Shown: positions 1 to 10,012, numbered from the stretch's first letter. The stretch is DNA of 64,000 nt from an uncultured Actinomycetes bacterium (GCA_963779685.1 CAVZZG010000003.1:44950-108949); one strand, 5' to 3'. Translations and numbers: made by a program. Notes: generated from the letters alone by a model not told the origin.

Positions 1-560
<560 letters not shown>

Positions 561-711
561 GCGATCCTCCTTGGATTTTGAAAAAACGTCTGAGTTGCGA
601 AAGACGGTCCGAGACCGGAAACGTCCAGAATATTCCGAGATGCCCCGTTCCGACCGCTTGTTGCCGAAATAGGTGGTGTCCAACCACCTGCAAGGCCTCG
701 ATGGAAATTTT

Positions 712-738
712 CTAGCACTCACTTTCGAGGAGTGCTAG
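712..738 (-). promoter_or_regulatory. CIRCE operator (HrcA binding site) in the groES leader
   Basis: CTAGCACTC-N9-GAGTGCTAG is a perfect 9-bp inverted repeat that matches the CIRCE consensus TTAGCACTC-N9-GAGTGCTAA at 16 of 18 positions. It lies about 150 nt upstream of the groES start. Confidence 0.85.
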
Positions 739-744
739 CAACTT

Positions 745-773
745 ATTTAAGCCGCTTGATTTGACATGGTTAA
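745..773 (-). promoter_or_regulatory. Putative sigma70-type promoter of groESL
   Basis: The minus strand reads TTAACC (773-768), a 17 nt spacer, then TTAAAT (750-745), ending 6 nt upstream of CIRCE. Housekeeping-type promoters typically sit just upstream of CIRCE. Pattern match only. Confidence 0.45.
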
Positions 774-946
774 TTCGGGCGTGGCGCGGTCGTCTTGCGG
801 CGTGCGCGAACTGCCCTGGCGAGGCTGTCAGCAGTCTCCCTGACCGTTGCTGCTAATGCCTTGAAATTAAACAGTTAATTTACTTTTTAGGCTTGCAATG
901 GAACCCGTTCGGCCTTGAAGATTTAATCCTCCACAACGGAGGCGGA

Positions 947-1230
947 ATGGCTTCGGCGGAATTGCTTCGGCGGACTTTCGACGGCAGCTTGCAGGCTACG
1001 GGCTGACCACGGCGCAGATCTTCTACCGGCGCCCGGATCACCGCTGGTTGCTGCAAAGCTATGTCTGGCAGCACTACGATCTGTTCCCGGAATTTCCCGA
1101 GCTGCAACGTTTCCTCGATTTCTGGCAGACCAAGCTCGAAGGCCCGCTGCATTCGGTGCAGGTCGCGCACTCCAAGCTGATCAAGCCGGCAGAACTCAAG
1201 GCCATCAACGGCGAATTCCGGCTGCACTGA
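947..1230 (+). CDS. usg: Usg-family protein with an unresolved 5' end (apparent 1-nt deletion near 960)
   Basis: Frame 1 reads ...ADFRRQLAGYGLTTAQIFYRRPDHRWLLQSYVWQHYDLFPEFPELQRFLDFWQTKLEGPLHSVQVAHSKLIKPAELKAINGEFRLH, which is Usg-like. That frame has no canonical start upstream of the TTG at 1048. The only ATG, at 947 (MASAE..), is in the adjacent frame, which suggests a lost base in gaa(a)tt. Confidence 0.6.
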
Positions 1231-1317
1231 GTTGACCTTCCGTCGGTGGACGGAAGGATCGGATGGGACGTTAGCCTTGCCTCACGCACGATGACGTGCG
1301 GGCAGGGGAGAACGCCC

Positions 1318-2145
1318 ATGATCGGTCGCAACGGCGTGTACGTCATCGCAACAATTCTCGGCGCCGCATGTTTCTCGCCCGGCGCAATGGCGCAGGACAG
1401 CTACCCCAACCATCCGATCACCCTGCTGCATGGTTTCGCCGCCGGCGGCAATTCCGACACGATTTCGCGCACCATCGGCGAGCCGCTGTCGCAACGGCTC
1501 GGCCAGCCGGTCATCGTCGAAGCGCGCGCCGGCGCCGGCGGCAATCTCGCCTCCGACCGTCTCGTCAAGTCGCCGCCCGATGGCTACACGCTGATCACCT
1601 TGACCGGCGGCCACGCGGTGTCGGGCGCCATCTACAAGTCGCTGCCGTTCGACACGGTCGAATGACTTTCAGATGATCTCGATGCTGATCTATTTTCCGT
1701 TCGTCATCGCGGTGAAAAGCGATTCACGCTTCCAGTCGCTGACGCAGCTGATCGCCGAGGCCAAGGCCAAGCCGAACACGATCAATTATTCTTCCGCCGG
1801 CGTCGGCTCGACCCAGCATCTCGCCGGCGCGTTGTTCTGCGCCATGGCCGGCATCGAAATGATCCACATTCCCTACCGCGGCGGCACCGGGCCGATCACC
1901 GATCTGCTTGGGCGGGCAGGTGGACATCCTGGTCGACACCCAGACCGTGACGCTTGCCGCATATCGCTTCCGGCGCGATCCGCGGACTCGGCGTGACCAG
2001 CCCGGAAGAATGGCCGTCGCTGAAAGGCATTCCGCCGGTCGGCAAGACCGTGCCGGGCTACGACGTGCGCTCGTGGATGGGCGTCGCCGCGCCGAAGGGC
2101 TTGCCGGCGGCGATCACCGAGCGGCTCAACAGCGAAATCCGTTAC
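1318..2145 (+). pseudogene. Bug/TctC-family tripartite tricarboxylate transporter substrate-binding protein; three frameshifts and 3'-truncated
   Basis: The Bug-like sequence (signal peptide, then ..AQDSYPNHPITLLHGFAAGGNSD.., ..NYSSAGVGSTQHLAGALF..IPYRGG.., ..GGQVDILVDTQTVTL / PHIASGAIRGLGVTS..) is spread over four frame segments. One-nt insertions occur near 1663, 1911 and 1956. Similarity ends near 2140, before the expected C-terminus. Confidence 0.8.
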
Positions 2146-2150
2146 GTCAC

Positions 2151-3797
2151 CGCGCGCGCGCCGGTCCCCTCGAGGAGCGGGCGGCGGCCGGGGGCCCGGC
2201 CGATGTCCGGCCCGACCTGACCGACCACCAGGAGGTTGCGGTCGCCCGGGTGCTGGCGGCCGTCGACGCACGCGACCCCGGCGCCATCCTCCTCTTCGGC
2301 GTGACCGGGTCGGGAAAGACCGAGGTCTTCCTGCGCGGCGTCGAACGCGCGCTCGCGGCCGGCCGGTCGGCGATCGTGCTGGTGCCCGAGATCGCGCTCG
2401 CACCCCAGACTGCGGGACGGGTGGCCGCGCGCTTCGGCCCGATCGTGGCGGTCGTGCACTCCGGTCTCACGGCTGGTGAGCGCGCCGCCGAGTACGCCCG
2501 CATCGCGCGCGGGGAGGCCCGGGTCGTGGTCGGTGCCCGGTCGGCCATCCTGGCCCCCGTCCGCGACCTCGGCCTGATCGTGATCGACGAGGAGCACGAG
2601 TCGGCCTACAAGCAGGACTCCGATCCGCGCTACGACGCGCGAGCCGTGGCGATGGTGCGCGCTCGTCACCACGGCGCGCCGGTCGTGCTGTCGTCGGCGA
2701 CGCCGCGACCGGAGACCTGGCACCTCGTGCCCCGGGTCGAGCTGCCGGCGCGGGTCGCCGGGTCGCTGCCGCCGGTCGAGGTCGTCGACCTCACCCGCGA
2801 CGGGTCCTACCCGGTGTCGCGGCCGCTGCACGACGCGCTCGGTGGCATCGCCGACGACGGCGGCCGCGCGATCCTGCTTCTGAACCGTCGTGGTGAGGCG
2901 CCGGCACTCCACTGCCGCGAGTGCGGGATCACGTTCCGGTGCCCGGACTGCGACGTGGCGATGACGCTCCACCGCGCCCCGCCCGGCCTGCGCTGTCATC
3001 ACTGCGGCCGGGACGCGCCCGTCCCCGCCACCTGTCCGGCGTGCAACGCCGTCGACATCGCCCGGATCGGAGCGGGCACCGAGCGTCTCGAGCGGGTCAT
3101 CGCCGACCGCTACCCGGCGCTGGAGGTGATGCGCCTCGATGCCGACGTGACGGCGCGGCGCGGGGCGCTCGAGGAGACCCTCGACCGGTTCGGCAGCACC
3201 GAGCGCGCGGTCCTGGTCGGCACGCAACTGGTCGCCAAGGGCCACCACTTCCCCGGCGTGCGGCTGGCTGCCGCGGTCGACGCCGACGTCGGGCTCGCGC
3301 AGCCCGACTTCCGTGCCGAGGAGCGCACGTTCGCGCTCCTCGTCCAGCTCGCCGGCCGCGCGGGCCGCGAGGGCACGGGCGGCCGGGTGCTGATCCAGAG
3401 CTGGAGCCCCGAGAGCCGGGTCGTGCGGCTGGCGGCGCGGCATGCGGTGGCGGCATTCCTCGACGGCGAGCTCACGCGGCGCGAGCTGCTCGGGTACCCG
3501 CCCTACCGCCGCATCGTCCGGGTTCAGGTCACGGCCGACTCGATGGCCGTCGCGAACACGGTCCTGCACCGCCTGGCCGACGCCGCCAGGCCCGCACTCG
3601 GCGGCGACGCGCTGCTCGGCCCGGCGCCGCTCGGGCGGCTGCGCGGGCGCGAGCGCGCCCACCTGATCGTCAAGACGGGCCGCGCGCGCCGCGCCGCGGC
3701 CGTCCTCGGGGGCCTGGCAGCGCGGGACGCGGCGGCGATGCGTCGCGCCGGCGCCACGATCGTGGTCGACGTCGACCCCCAGTCGATGGTCGGATAA
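2151..3797 (+). CDS. priA: Primosomal protein N' (PriA helicase), 5'-truncated at the junction
   Basis: It carries Walker A GVTGSGKTEV, DEEH (VIDEEHESAYKQ), a Cys-rich zinc insertion (CRECG..CPDCD..CHHCG..CPACN) and the C-terminal PriA domain. Recognisable PriA sequence starts at ..PDLTDHQEVAV, so roughly 180-200 N-terminal residues are missing. Confidence 0.85.
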   Translation, partial: RARAGPLEERAAAGGPADVRPDLTDHQEVAVARVLAAVDARDPGAILLFGVTGSGKTEVFLRGVERALAAGRSAIVLVPEIALAPQTAGRVAARFGPIVAVVHSGLTAGERAAEYARIARGEARVVVGARSAILAPVRDLGLIVIDEEHESAYKQDSDPRYDARAVAMVRARHHGAPVVLSSATPRPETWHLVPRVELPARVAGSLPPVEVVDLTRDGSYPVSRPLHDALGGIADDGGRAILLLNRRGEAPALHCRECGITFRCPDCDVAMTLHRAPPGLRCHHCGRDAPVPATCPACNAVDIARIGAGTERLERVIADRYPALEVMRLDADVTARRGALEETLDRFGSTERAVLVGTQLVAKGHHFPGVRLAAAVDADVGLAQPDFRAEERTFALLVQLAGRAGREGTGGRVLIQSWSPESRVVRLAARHAVAAFLDGELTRRELLGYPPYRRIVRVQVTADSMAVANTVLHRLADAARPALGGDALLGPAPLGRLRGRERAHLIVKTGRARRAAAVLGGLAARDAAAMRRAGATIVVDVDPQSMVG

Positions 3798-3807
3798 CCT
3801 CCGCGCG

Positions 3808-4362
3808 ATGGCAGGCAGACGAGACGACGCCGATGAGGAGCGCCGCGCGCGGGCGCAGGTGCAGATCCGGCAGTTCCCCGACCCCGTGCTCAAGCAGCGC
3901 GCGCACGAGGTGGAGGTGTTCGACGAGGATCTGGCCGCGCTCGTCCAGCGCATGATCGGCCTCATGGACGACGCGCACGGAGCCGGGCTGGCGGCGCCCC
4001 AGATCGGGCTTCTCCGCCGCCTCTTCGTGTACCACCTGGGTGGCGAGGATGCCGATCCCGTCGCGCTCGTGAACCCCGAGATCATCGAGACCAGCGAGGA
4101 GACCGAGGTCGACGGCGAGGGCTGCCTCTCGCTCGCGCTGCTGATCGAGAGCGGCCACCAGGTGCCGGTGGAGCGCCATCTCCGGATCCGCGTGCGCGCC
4201 AGCGATGCCGCCGGCGAGGGCATGGAGTTCGACGCCGAGGGTCACGAGGCGCGCGTGATCCAGCACGAGATCGACCACCTCGACGGCACGCTGATCCTCG
4301 ACCGCACGCCGAAGGAGTCGCGCCAGGAGGCCATGCGCATCCTGCGGGATGCCCTGACGTGA
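3808..4362 (+). CDS. def: Peptide deformylase
   Basis: It has the three Def motifs: GAGLAAPQIG, EGCLS and HEIDHLDG. It is followed by fmt with a 4-nt overlap. Confidence 0.95.
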   Translation: MAGRRDDADEERRARAQVQIRQFPDPVLKQRAHEVEVFDEDLAALVQRMIGLMDDAHGAGLAAPQIGLLRRLFVYHLGGEDADPVALVNPEIIETSEETEVDGEGCLSLALLIESGHQVPVERHLRIRVRASDAAGEGMEFDAEGHEARVIQHEIDHLDGTLILDRTPKESRQEAMRILRDALT

Positions 4363-5267
4363 CGCGCGTCGGCTTCGCCGGGTCGTCGGCCTTCGGCGCG
4401 GGCTGCCTGCAGCGGCTGCTCGATGCGGGAGTGGAGGTCGCGACGGTGCTCAGCCAGCCCGACCGGCCCTCGGGCCGCCGGCGCCGGCCGACGCCCACGC
4501 CCGTGGCAGCGTTCGCGCTCGAGTGCGGCCTGCCATTGCTGCGCCCCGATCGGGCCGCCGATGCCCTGCCGTCGCTCCAGGCGGCCCGGCTCGACCGGAT
4601 GGCGATCTGCGCCTACGGGCAGTTGCTCGGCCCCGCGCTGCTGGCTGCGCTGCCGTGGCTCAACCTCCACCCGTCGCTCCTGCCACGCTGGCGGGGCGCT
4701 GCGCCGGTCGAGCGCGCCATCCTGGAGGGAGACGACCTGACGGGTGCGGCGGTCATGGCGGTGGTGCTCGAGCTCGACGCCGGTCCGACGGCCTCGGTCG
4801 ACCCGTTCCCGATCGGCCCCCGCGACGACGCCGGCACGGTCATGGAGCGAGCGCTCGACGTCGGCGCGCCGCAGCTGGCGGCGGCGCTCGCCCGCGACCC
4901 CGCGCTCACGGCACAGGCCGCGGAGGGCGTCACGTACGCCCGGAAGCTCGAGCCGGTCGATCGGTTGCTGGACCCGGCGGAGACGGTCGTCCAGGCCGAT
5001 CGGCGCGTTCGCGCCCTGTCGCCGCACATCGGCGCGGCGCTGACGCTCGGCGGCGAGCGATTCGTCGTGTGGTCGGCCGTCCCCGTCACGGCGGATCTGG
5101 ATCCCGGTGAGGTCGACGCCGGCGACGGTCGCATCGTCTGCGGCTTCGTCGACGGCGCGCTGGAGCTGACGACGCTGCAGGCGCCGGGCCGGCGCCCCGT
5201 GCCCGCCGCCGACCTGCTGCGCGGCTGGCGCCAGCCGCTCTCGCCGGCCGTGCGGGCCGGCGGGTAG
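4359..5267 (+). CDS. fmt: Methionyl-tRNA formyltransferase
   Basis: Motifs SQPDRPSGRR and NLHPSLLPRWRGAAPVERAI are typical of Fmt, and def-fmt synteny is conserved. The GTG start overlaps the def stop. Confidence 0.95.
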   Translation: MTRVGFAGSSAFGAGCLQRLLDAGVEVATVLSQPDRPSGRRRRPTPTPVAAFALECGLPLLRPDRAADALPSLQAARLDRMAICAYGQLLGPALLAALPWLNLHPSLLPRWRGAAPVERAILEGDDLTGAAVMAVVLELDAGPTASVDPFPIGPRDDAGTVMERALDVGAPQLAAALARDPALTAQAAEGVTYARKLEPVDRLLDPAETVVQADRRVRALSPHIGAALTLGGERFVVWSAVPVTADLDPGEVDAGDGRIVCGFVDGALELTTLQAPGRRPVPAADLLRGWRQPLSPAVRAGG

Positions 5268-5271
5268 AGGC

Positions 5272-6540
5272 GTGAGTCAACTCGCGCCACAGGTCAACGA
5301 CCGGCTCGTCGCGCTGCGCGTCATCACGCGGGTCGAGGAACGTGGTGCCTACGCGGACCGCGCCTTCGTCGCCGAGGCGGCGCGGGCGAAGCTGGATGCG
5401 CGCGACCGGGCCCTGGCGGCGTGGCTCGCGTTCGGGACGATCCAGCGGCGGCGGACGCTCGACCACGTCTGCGCCGCCGTCGCCGGCCGCGACCCCGCCC
5501 GGCTCGATGCGACCGCCCGTGACGTGATCCGCCTCGGTGCCTACCAGCTCCTGTTCGCCAACGCGATTCCGCCGCACGCGGCCGTGTCCACCTCGGTCGA
5601 CCTGATCCGCGAGGCCGGCAGCGGGCATGCCGCAGGGCTCGTCAACGCCGTGCTGCGGCGGATCGCGGCCGACGGGCCAGCCGTGCTCGCAGGCCTTGGC
5701 GAGGCCACCGCCGAGGAGGCCGCCATCCGGCATTCCTATCCGGACTGGATCGCCCGCCTCTGGTTCGATGCCTACGGGGCCGACGAGGCGCGCGCACTGC
5801 TCGCGGCCGGCAACCGGCCCGCCGAGGCGGCGCTGCGGGTGTCCACGCTCCGCCCGGGAGCCGCGGCCCGGGTCGCGGCCGCGCTCGCGGCGGTGCCGCA
5901 CCACGTGGTTGGCGACGCGCTGGTGATCGACGGGCCCTTCGACCTCGCGGGTTCGGCGATCCACGCCGACGGCGACGTGGTCGCCATGAGCCGGTCGTCG
6001 CAGCTGATCGCGCCGTTCCTCGGCGTCGAGCCCGGCCTGCGCGTCCTCGACGCCTGCGCCGCGCCCGGCGGGAAGGCGGGCCACCTGGCAGCCCTCCTCG
6101 GTGGCGGCGACGGGCTCGTCTGCGTCGAGCGCGACCGCAAGCGCGCCGGCGAGCTCGTCCGTTCGCTCGACCGCCAGGGCGTCCGGGGCGCCGAGGTGCT
6201 CTGCGCCGACGCGACGAAGCTCGCGGCATCCGCCGGGACGTTCGACGCGATCCTGATCGACGCCCCGTGTACCGGCCTCGGCGTCGTCGCGGCCCGCGCC
6301 GACCTTCGGTGGCGCCGCCGGGAGACCGATGTCGGCCGCCTTGCAGCCGTGCAGCGCAAGCTCGTCGACGCGCTCGGCCCACGGCTGCGACCCGGCGGCC
6401 GCATGGTCTACGCCGTCTGCACGCTGTCACCGGCCGAGAACGAGGGCGTGGTCGTCGACCTCGTCGTCGACGCCGAGCTCCGCACCTGGCCGCACCGCGG
6501 TGACGGCGACGGCTTCTACGCGGCCCGGATCACCCGCTAG
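5272..6540 (+). CDS. rsmB: 16S rRNA (cytosine967-C5)-methyltransferase RsmB/Sun
   Basis: An N-terminal NusB-like region is followed by the SAM motif DACAAPGGK and the catalytic motif DAPCTGLG. The fmt-rsmB synteny is conserved. Confidence 0.9.
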   Translation: MSQLAPQVNDRLVALRVITRVEERGAYADRAFVAEAARAKLDARDRALAAWLAFGTIQRRRTLDHVCAAVAGRDPARLDATARDVIRLGAYQLLFANAIPPHAAVSTSVDLIREAGSGHAAGLVNAVLRRIAADGPAVLAGLGEATAEEAAIRHSYPDWIARLWFDAYGADEARALLAAGNRPAEAALRVSTLRPGAAARVAAALAAVPHHVVGDALVIDGPFDLAGSAIHADGDVVAMSRSSQLIAPFLGVEPGLRVLDACAAPGGKAGHLAALLGGGDGLVCVERDRKRAGELVRSLDRQGVRGAEVLCADATKLAASAGTFDAILIDAPCTGLGVVAARADLRWRRRETDVGRLAAVQRKLVDALGPRLRPGGRMVYAVCTLSPAENEGVVVDLVVDAELRTWPHRGDGDGFYAARITR

Positions 6541-6549
6541 GGGCACGCC

Positions 6550-6900
6550 GTGCCCGCGGCCGGGGCCTACCCTCGTGAGGTGCGCTGGTTCTGCCCCCGT
6601 TGCCAGGGTTCCGTCGACTCGCCGGTCGCCACCGCGTGCCTCGCCTGCGGCGGCGTGCTGAGCGCCGACCGGCGCGTCCACGAACCCGACTTGCCCGTCA
6701 TGGGGCACGAACCCTCCGATCACTGGGTCGCCGTCTGCCAGGCCCGCCCCGAGCCCGCCGCGACGGAGCTCCAGGACGTCCTCGAGGGCTCCGGCATCCC
6801 CGCCATGCTGCTCCCCGGCGCCGATGGCCGGCCGTTCGTCGCGGTCCCCTCGCGGCAGGTCCGCGCGGCCCGCGAGCTGCTGGACGCGCTCGCCGCCTAA
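6550..6900 (+). CDS. Hypothetical protein with an N-terminal CxxC..CxxC zinc ribbon and a small C-terminal alpha/beta (DUF2007-like) domain
   Basis: 116-aa ORF containing CPRCQGS..CLACGG. Third-position GC looks coding. No function can be inferred. Confidence 0.5.
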   Translation: MPAAGAYPREVRWFCPRCQGSVDSPVATACLACGGVLSADRRVHEPDLPVMGHEPSDHWVAVCQARPEPAATELQDVLEGSGIPAMLLPGADGRPFVAVPSRQVRAARELLDALAA

Positions 6901-7284
6901 GGCCGCCCTACCGCGGCCTGCGACACACGATTACGCCCACCACCGCCTTCGTCGGCGGAGCCGCGGTAGGCGGGGCGTCAGTTTCCCGTCTGCCGTCGGG
7001 CGTTCGCCAGGAGGACGGGCCACCACAGGAATCGCACGCTCGCCTGCGGCTCGCATGCATTTCCCATGGCGGCGCCATCCCCCCGCTGCGATTCGCCAAC
7101 GGGCGCGCCCTCAACAGCCGACGATTCTCGACCACCGCCACCCCTGACGCCGCGCCCGCCCACTACGACCGTCGAGCGAACGCAAGCTCCGGGACAGTCC
7201 CTTACACGGAGCGCATCGAGTGGCCGGCACCCGACTGGGACTGTCCCCGTCCACAAGCCGCCGCTTCCTCACAGGCAGCGAGGC

Positions 7285-7420
7285 GATCGGAGCGAGCGCC
7301 CACCACCACCCCCGAGCGAACGCCAACTCGCCCACCACAACCCCCGAGCGAACGCCCGCCCGCCCACCACCACCCCCCGAGCGAACGCCGCGCCGACCAC
7401 GACGCCCGAGCGAACGCGGC
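7285..7420. repeat. Degenerate ~32-nt tandem repeat built around CGAGCGAACGC
   Basis: CGAGCGAACGC occurs at 7313, 7345, 7378 and 7407 (spacing 32, 33 and 29 nt). There is a related copy near 7290 and a distal copy at 7173. All lie in the ~550 nt non-coding gap upstream of rpe. Confidence 0.6.
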
Positions 7421-7451
7421 TCGACGGCCTCCCGCCCGCCATAATCCGGTC

Positions 7452-8123
7452 ATGCCCTGGCTGACCGACCTGCAGGTGTGCCCGTCGATCCTGTCCGCCG
7501 ACTTCGGGGCGTTCCGCGCGTCCGTCCGCGAGCTGCTGGATGCCGGCGCCCGAACGTTCCACGTCGACGTGATGGATGGCGCATTCGTGCCGGTCATCAC
7601 GTTCGGGCACGGCGTCGTGCAGGCGATCGCCGATGACGTGCACGCCGCCGGCGGAGCACTCTCGGTGCACATGATGGTCGAACGACCCGAGCGGTTCATC
7701 GCCGACTTCGCCGCCGCCGGCGCGGACGGGTTCACCGTGCACGTCGAGGCCACGCTCCACGTCCATTACTGGCTGTCGAAGATCCGCGAGGCCGGCATGG
7801 CGCCCGGCATCACCCTGAACCCGGGCACGCCGGTCGCGGCCGTCACCGAGGTGGCGCACCTGTGCGACACGCTGCTCTGCATGAGCGTCAACCCGGGGTG
7901 GGGTGGGCAGGCATTCATCCCCGCCTCGCTCGACCGGATCCGCGCCCTGCGCGAGCTGGTGGCCGACGGGGCGGGTGTGGAGATCGACGGCGGCGTCGGG
8001 CCGGCCACCATCGCCGATTGCCGGCGTGCAGGCGCCAACCGCCTCGTCGCGGGTTCGGCGATCTTCTCGACCCCCGACCCGGCCGCGGCGTATCACGACC
8101 TCGTGCAGCGGGCGACTGCGTGA
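7452..8123 (+). CDS. rpe: Ribulose-phosphate 3-epimerase
   Basis: The internal ATG at 7452 of ORF 6600..8123 gives MPWLTDLQVCPSILSADF..HVDVMDG..MSVNPGWGGQAF..DGG, a full-length Rpe. The upstream part of the ORF is Pro-rich and non-coding. Confidence 0.93.
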   Translation: MPWLTDLQVCPSILSADFGAFRASVRELLDAGARTFHVDVMDGAFVPVITFGHGVVQAIADDVHAAGGALSVHMMVERPERFIADFAAAGADGFTVHVEATLHVHYWLSKIREAGMAPGITLNPGTPVAAVTEVAHLCDTLLCMSVNPGWGGQAFIPASLDRIRALRELVADGAGVEIDGGVGPATIADCRRAGANRLVAGSAIFSTPDPAAAYHDLVQRATA

Positions 8124-9232
8124 CCGAGGCCGACGAGGTCCACCTCCGTCGCGCGCTCCACCTGGCCGAACGCGGGCTGCGCACCACCGCGCCGAACCCG
8201 GCCGTGGGGTGCGTCATCGCCCGCTCCGGGTCGGTGCTGGGCGAGGGCTGGCACGTCGCGCCGGGGACGCCGCACGCCGAGCGCGCCGCGCTCGCCGCGT
8301 GTACCTCGGATCCGCGCGGGGCCACGGCCTTCGTCAGCCTCGAGCCGTGTAGCCACGGCGGTCGCCCGGTGCAGCCGTGCGCCGACGCGCTGGTCGAGGC
8401 AGGCCTTGCGCGCGTCGTCATCGGCGCGGCCGATCCCGCGCCGTGGGTGGACGGCGGCGGCATCGCACGACTCCGCACGGCGGGCATGACCGTCGAGGTG
8501 GCGGATGCCGAATCGCCGACCGGGGTGGCGGCGCGCGCGCTCACGGCGGGCTTCCGACGCCGGGTCACCGACGGCCGCCCGTGCGTCACTTACAAGGCGG
8601 CCGAGACGCTCGACGGCCGCACGGCCACGCGCGACGGCGACTCGCGGTGGATCTCGTCGGCCGCCAGCCGGCGACTCGTGCACGAGTGGCGGGCGTGCAG
8701 CCAGGCGGTCCTGGTGGGGATCGGTACGGCCATGGCGGACGATCCGCAGCTCACGGCGCGCGACTGCGAGCCCCCGGCGGAGCGCCAGCCGCTGCGCGTC
8801 GTGGCCGATCGGGCGTGCCGGCTCCCGCTCGGCTCGGCCCTCGCGCAGTCGGCGACGACCCATCCCGTGCTCGTGCTCTGCGCCGATAATGCGCCCGCGC
8901 CGCGCCGGTCGGCGCTCGAGGCGGTCGGGGTCGAGGTGGCCGCCGTGCCCGATGTGGCGGCCGGCCTGCGGCTGCTGGCGGAGCGAGGCGTGAACGACGT
9001 GCTGTGCGAAGGCGGGTCGACGCTCGCCGGTGCGCTCCTCGCCGGAGGGCTACTCGACCGGCTCCGGCTGTTCGTGGCGCCCATGGTCCTCGGCGACGAG
9101 ATGGGCAGGCCGCTGGTCGGGCGCGCGCTCCTCGCCGCGGCCATGACCGAGGCGCTTCCGGTGACGTCGCTGACGGCGCAACCGGTCGGCCCCGATATCC
9201 TGCTCGACGCCTGGCTCTCCCTCCCCGCCTGA
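8120..9232 (+). CDS. ribD: Bifunctional riboflavin biosynthesis deaminase/reductase RibD
   Basis: The GTG at 8120 overlaps the rpe stop (GTGA). Deaminase motifs HAE and LEPCSH are followed by a reductase domain. Confidence 0.93.
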   Translation: MTEADEVHLRRALHLAERGLRTTAPNPAVGCVIARSGSVLGEGWHVAPGTPHAERAALAACTSDPRGATAFVSLEPCSHGGRPVQPCADALVEAGLARVVIGAADPAPWVDGGGIARLRTAGMTVEVADAESPTGVAARALTAGFRRRVTDGRPCVTYKAAETLDGRTATRDGDSRWISSAASRRLVHEWRACSQAVLVGIGTAMADDPQLTARDCEPPAERQPLRVVADRACRLPLGSALAQSATTHPVLVLCADNAPAPRRSALEAVGVEVAAVPDVAAGLRLLAERGVNDVLCEGGSTLAGALLAGGLLDRLRLFVAPMVLGDEMGRPLVGRALLAAAMTEALPVTSLTAQPVGPDILLDAWLSLPA

Positions 9233-9909
9233 TGTTCACCGGCATCGTCAACGAGATCGGCACCGTCACCGCCGTCCAGCACGGGCCCGAGGGCTCGGTG
9301 ATCGCGGTTGCCATGACATCGGTCGCCGAGCGGCTGCGTGTCGGCGACTCGGTGGCCGTCGACGGGTGCTGCCTGACGGCCGTCGCGGTGACCGCGGATG
9401 GCGCCGCCTTCGAGGCGATGCGCGAGACGCTCGACCGCACCACGCTCGGCGATCTCGGGGTTGGTGACCGCGTCAACCTGGAGGGCGCGCTGCGGGCCGG
9501 TGACCCCCTCGGCGGGCACAACGTCCAGGGGCACGTCGACGGCGTCGGCGGCCTCGTCGGCGAACGCATGGAGGGCTTCAGCCGGGTGCTCGAGATCGTG
9601 CCGCCGGCCGGCCTGCTGCGCTACCTGGTCGAGAAGGGGTCGATCGCGGTGGCCGGCGTCTCCCTGACCGTCTCGGCCCTGACACGGGACGGGTTCGAGA
9701 TCTGCCTGATTCCCCACACGCAGCACGCCACGACCCTCGGCGACCTCGCGGTCGGCAGCCGCGTCAACCTCGAGGCCGACATCTTCGCCAAGTACGTCGA
9801 ACGCCTCGTCGACGCCCGCCTGGAGGCGCCGCTCTCGACCCGCAGCCAGGAGCCGGGCGGTGCTTCGCTGCGTCCCGGCAGCGGTCAGGCCGCTCCCTCG
9901 GCCGAGTGA
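9232..9909 (+). CDS. ribE: Riboflavin synthase alpha chain
   Basis: The N-terminus [12 protein letters not shown] is canonical and the internal lumazine-binding repeat is duplicated. The ATG overlaps the ribD stop by 1 nt. Confidence 0.9.
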   Translation: MFTGIVNEIGTVTAVQHGPEGSVIAVAMTSVAERLRVGDSVAVDGCCLTAVAVTADGAAFEAMRETLDRTTLGDLGVGDRVNLEGALRAGDPLGGHNVQGHVDGVGGLVGERMEGFSRVLEIVPPAGLLRYLVEKGSIAVAGVSLTVSALTRDGFEICLIPHTQHATTLGDLAVGSRVNLEADIFAKYVERLVDARLEAPLSTRSQEPGGASLRPGSGQAAPSAE

Positions 9910-10012
9910 CGGCGACATCGCTCCGCTCCGCGCCCTTCGCCCGGCGGGGTGGCTCCGAGTTTCGCCAAACCTGCTGCTACCATCGAGGTTCGAGACGCCT
10001 CCTGAGGAGCGC

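Noticed and set aside
2142-4223. A 693-aa minus-strand ORF, and many similar long ORFs antisense to real genes. Examples are 8590-10674, 15715-18099, 23626-25488, 25930-28686, 36307-38475, 51709-54939 and 60346-63969, plus the plus-strand ORFs 53031-55208 and 59553-61475.
   Set aside because: These are shadow ORFs typical of >70% GC DNA. Their translations are Arg/Pro/Gly/Ala-rich low-complexity strings with no motifs. Each overlaps a confidently identified gene on the other strand or in another frame.
7285-7420. The tandem repeats as a small CRISPR array.
   Set aside because: The repeat core is only about 11-13 nt and degenerate, the period is about 32 nt in total, no cas genes are nearby, and the spacers share sequence (CCACCAC runs).
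6901-7451. A possible FMN riboswitch upstream of the rpe-rib operon (also checked 9910-10012 upstream of ribBA).
   Set aside because: I could not find the conserved RFN core strings (GGTGAAATTCC-like, CCGGCGGT, CCGACAGT, AGTC.GGATG). Only vague resemblances were present (ATTTCCCATGGCGGCG, CCGACGAT). A covariance-model search is still needed to be sure.
6600-8123. A 507-aa ORF suggesting an Rpe with a 280-residue Pro-rich N-terminal extension.
   Set aside because: Rpe homology starts exactly at the internal ATG at 7452. The upstream part is repeat-containing, lower-GC DNA that merely lacks stops in this frame.
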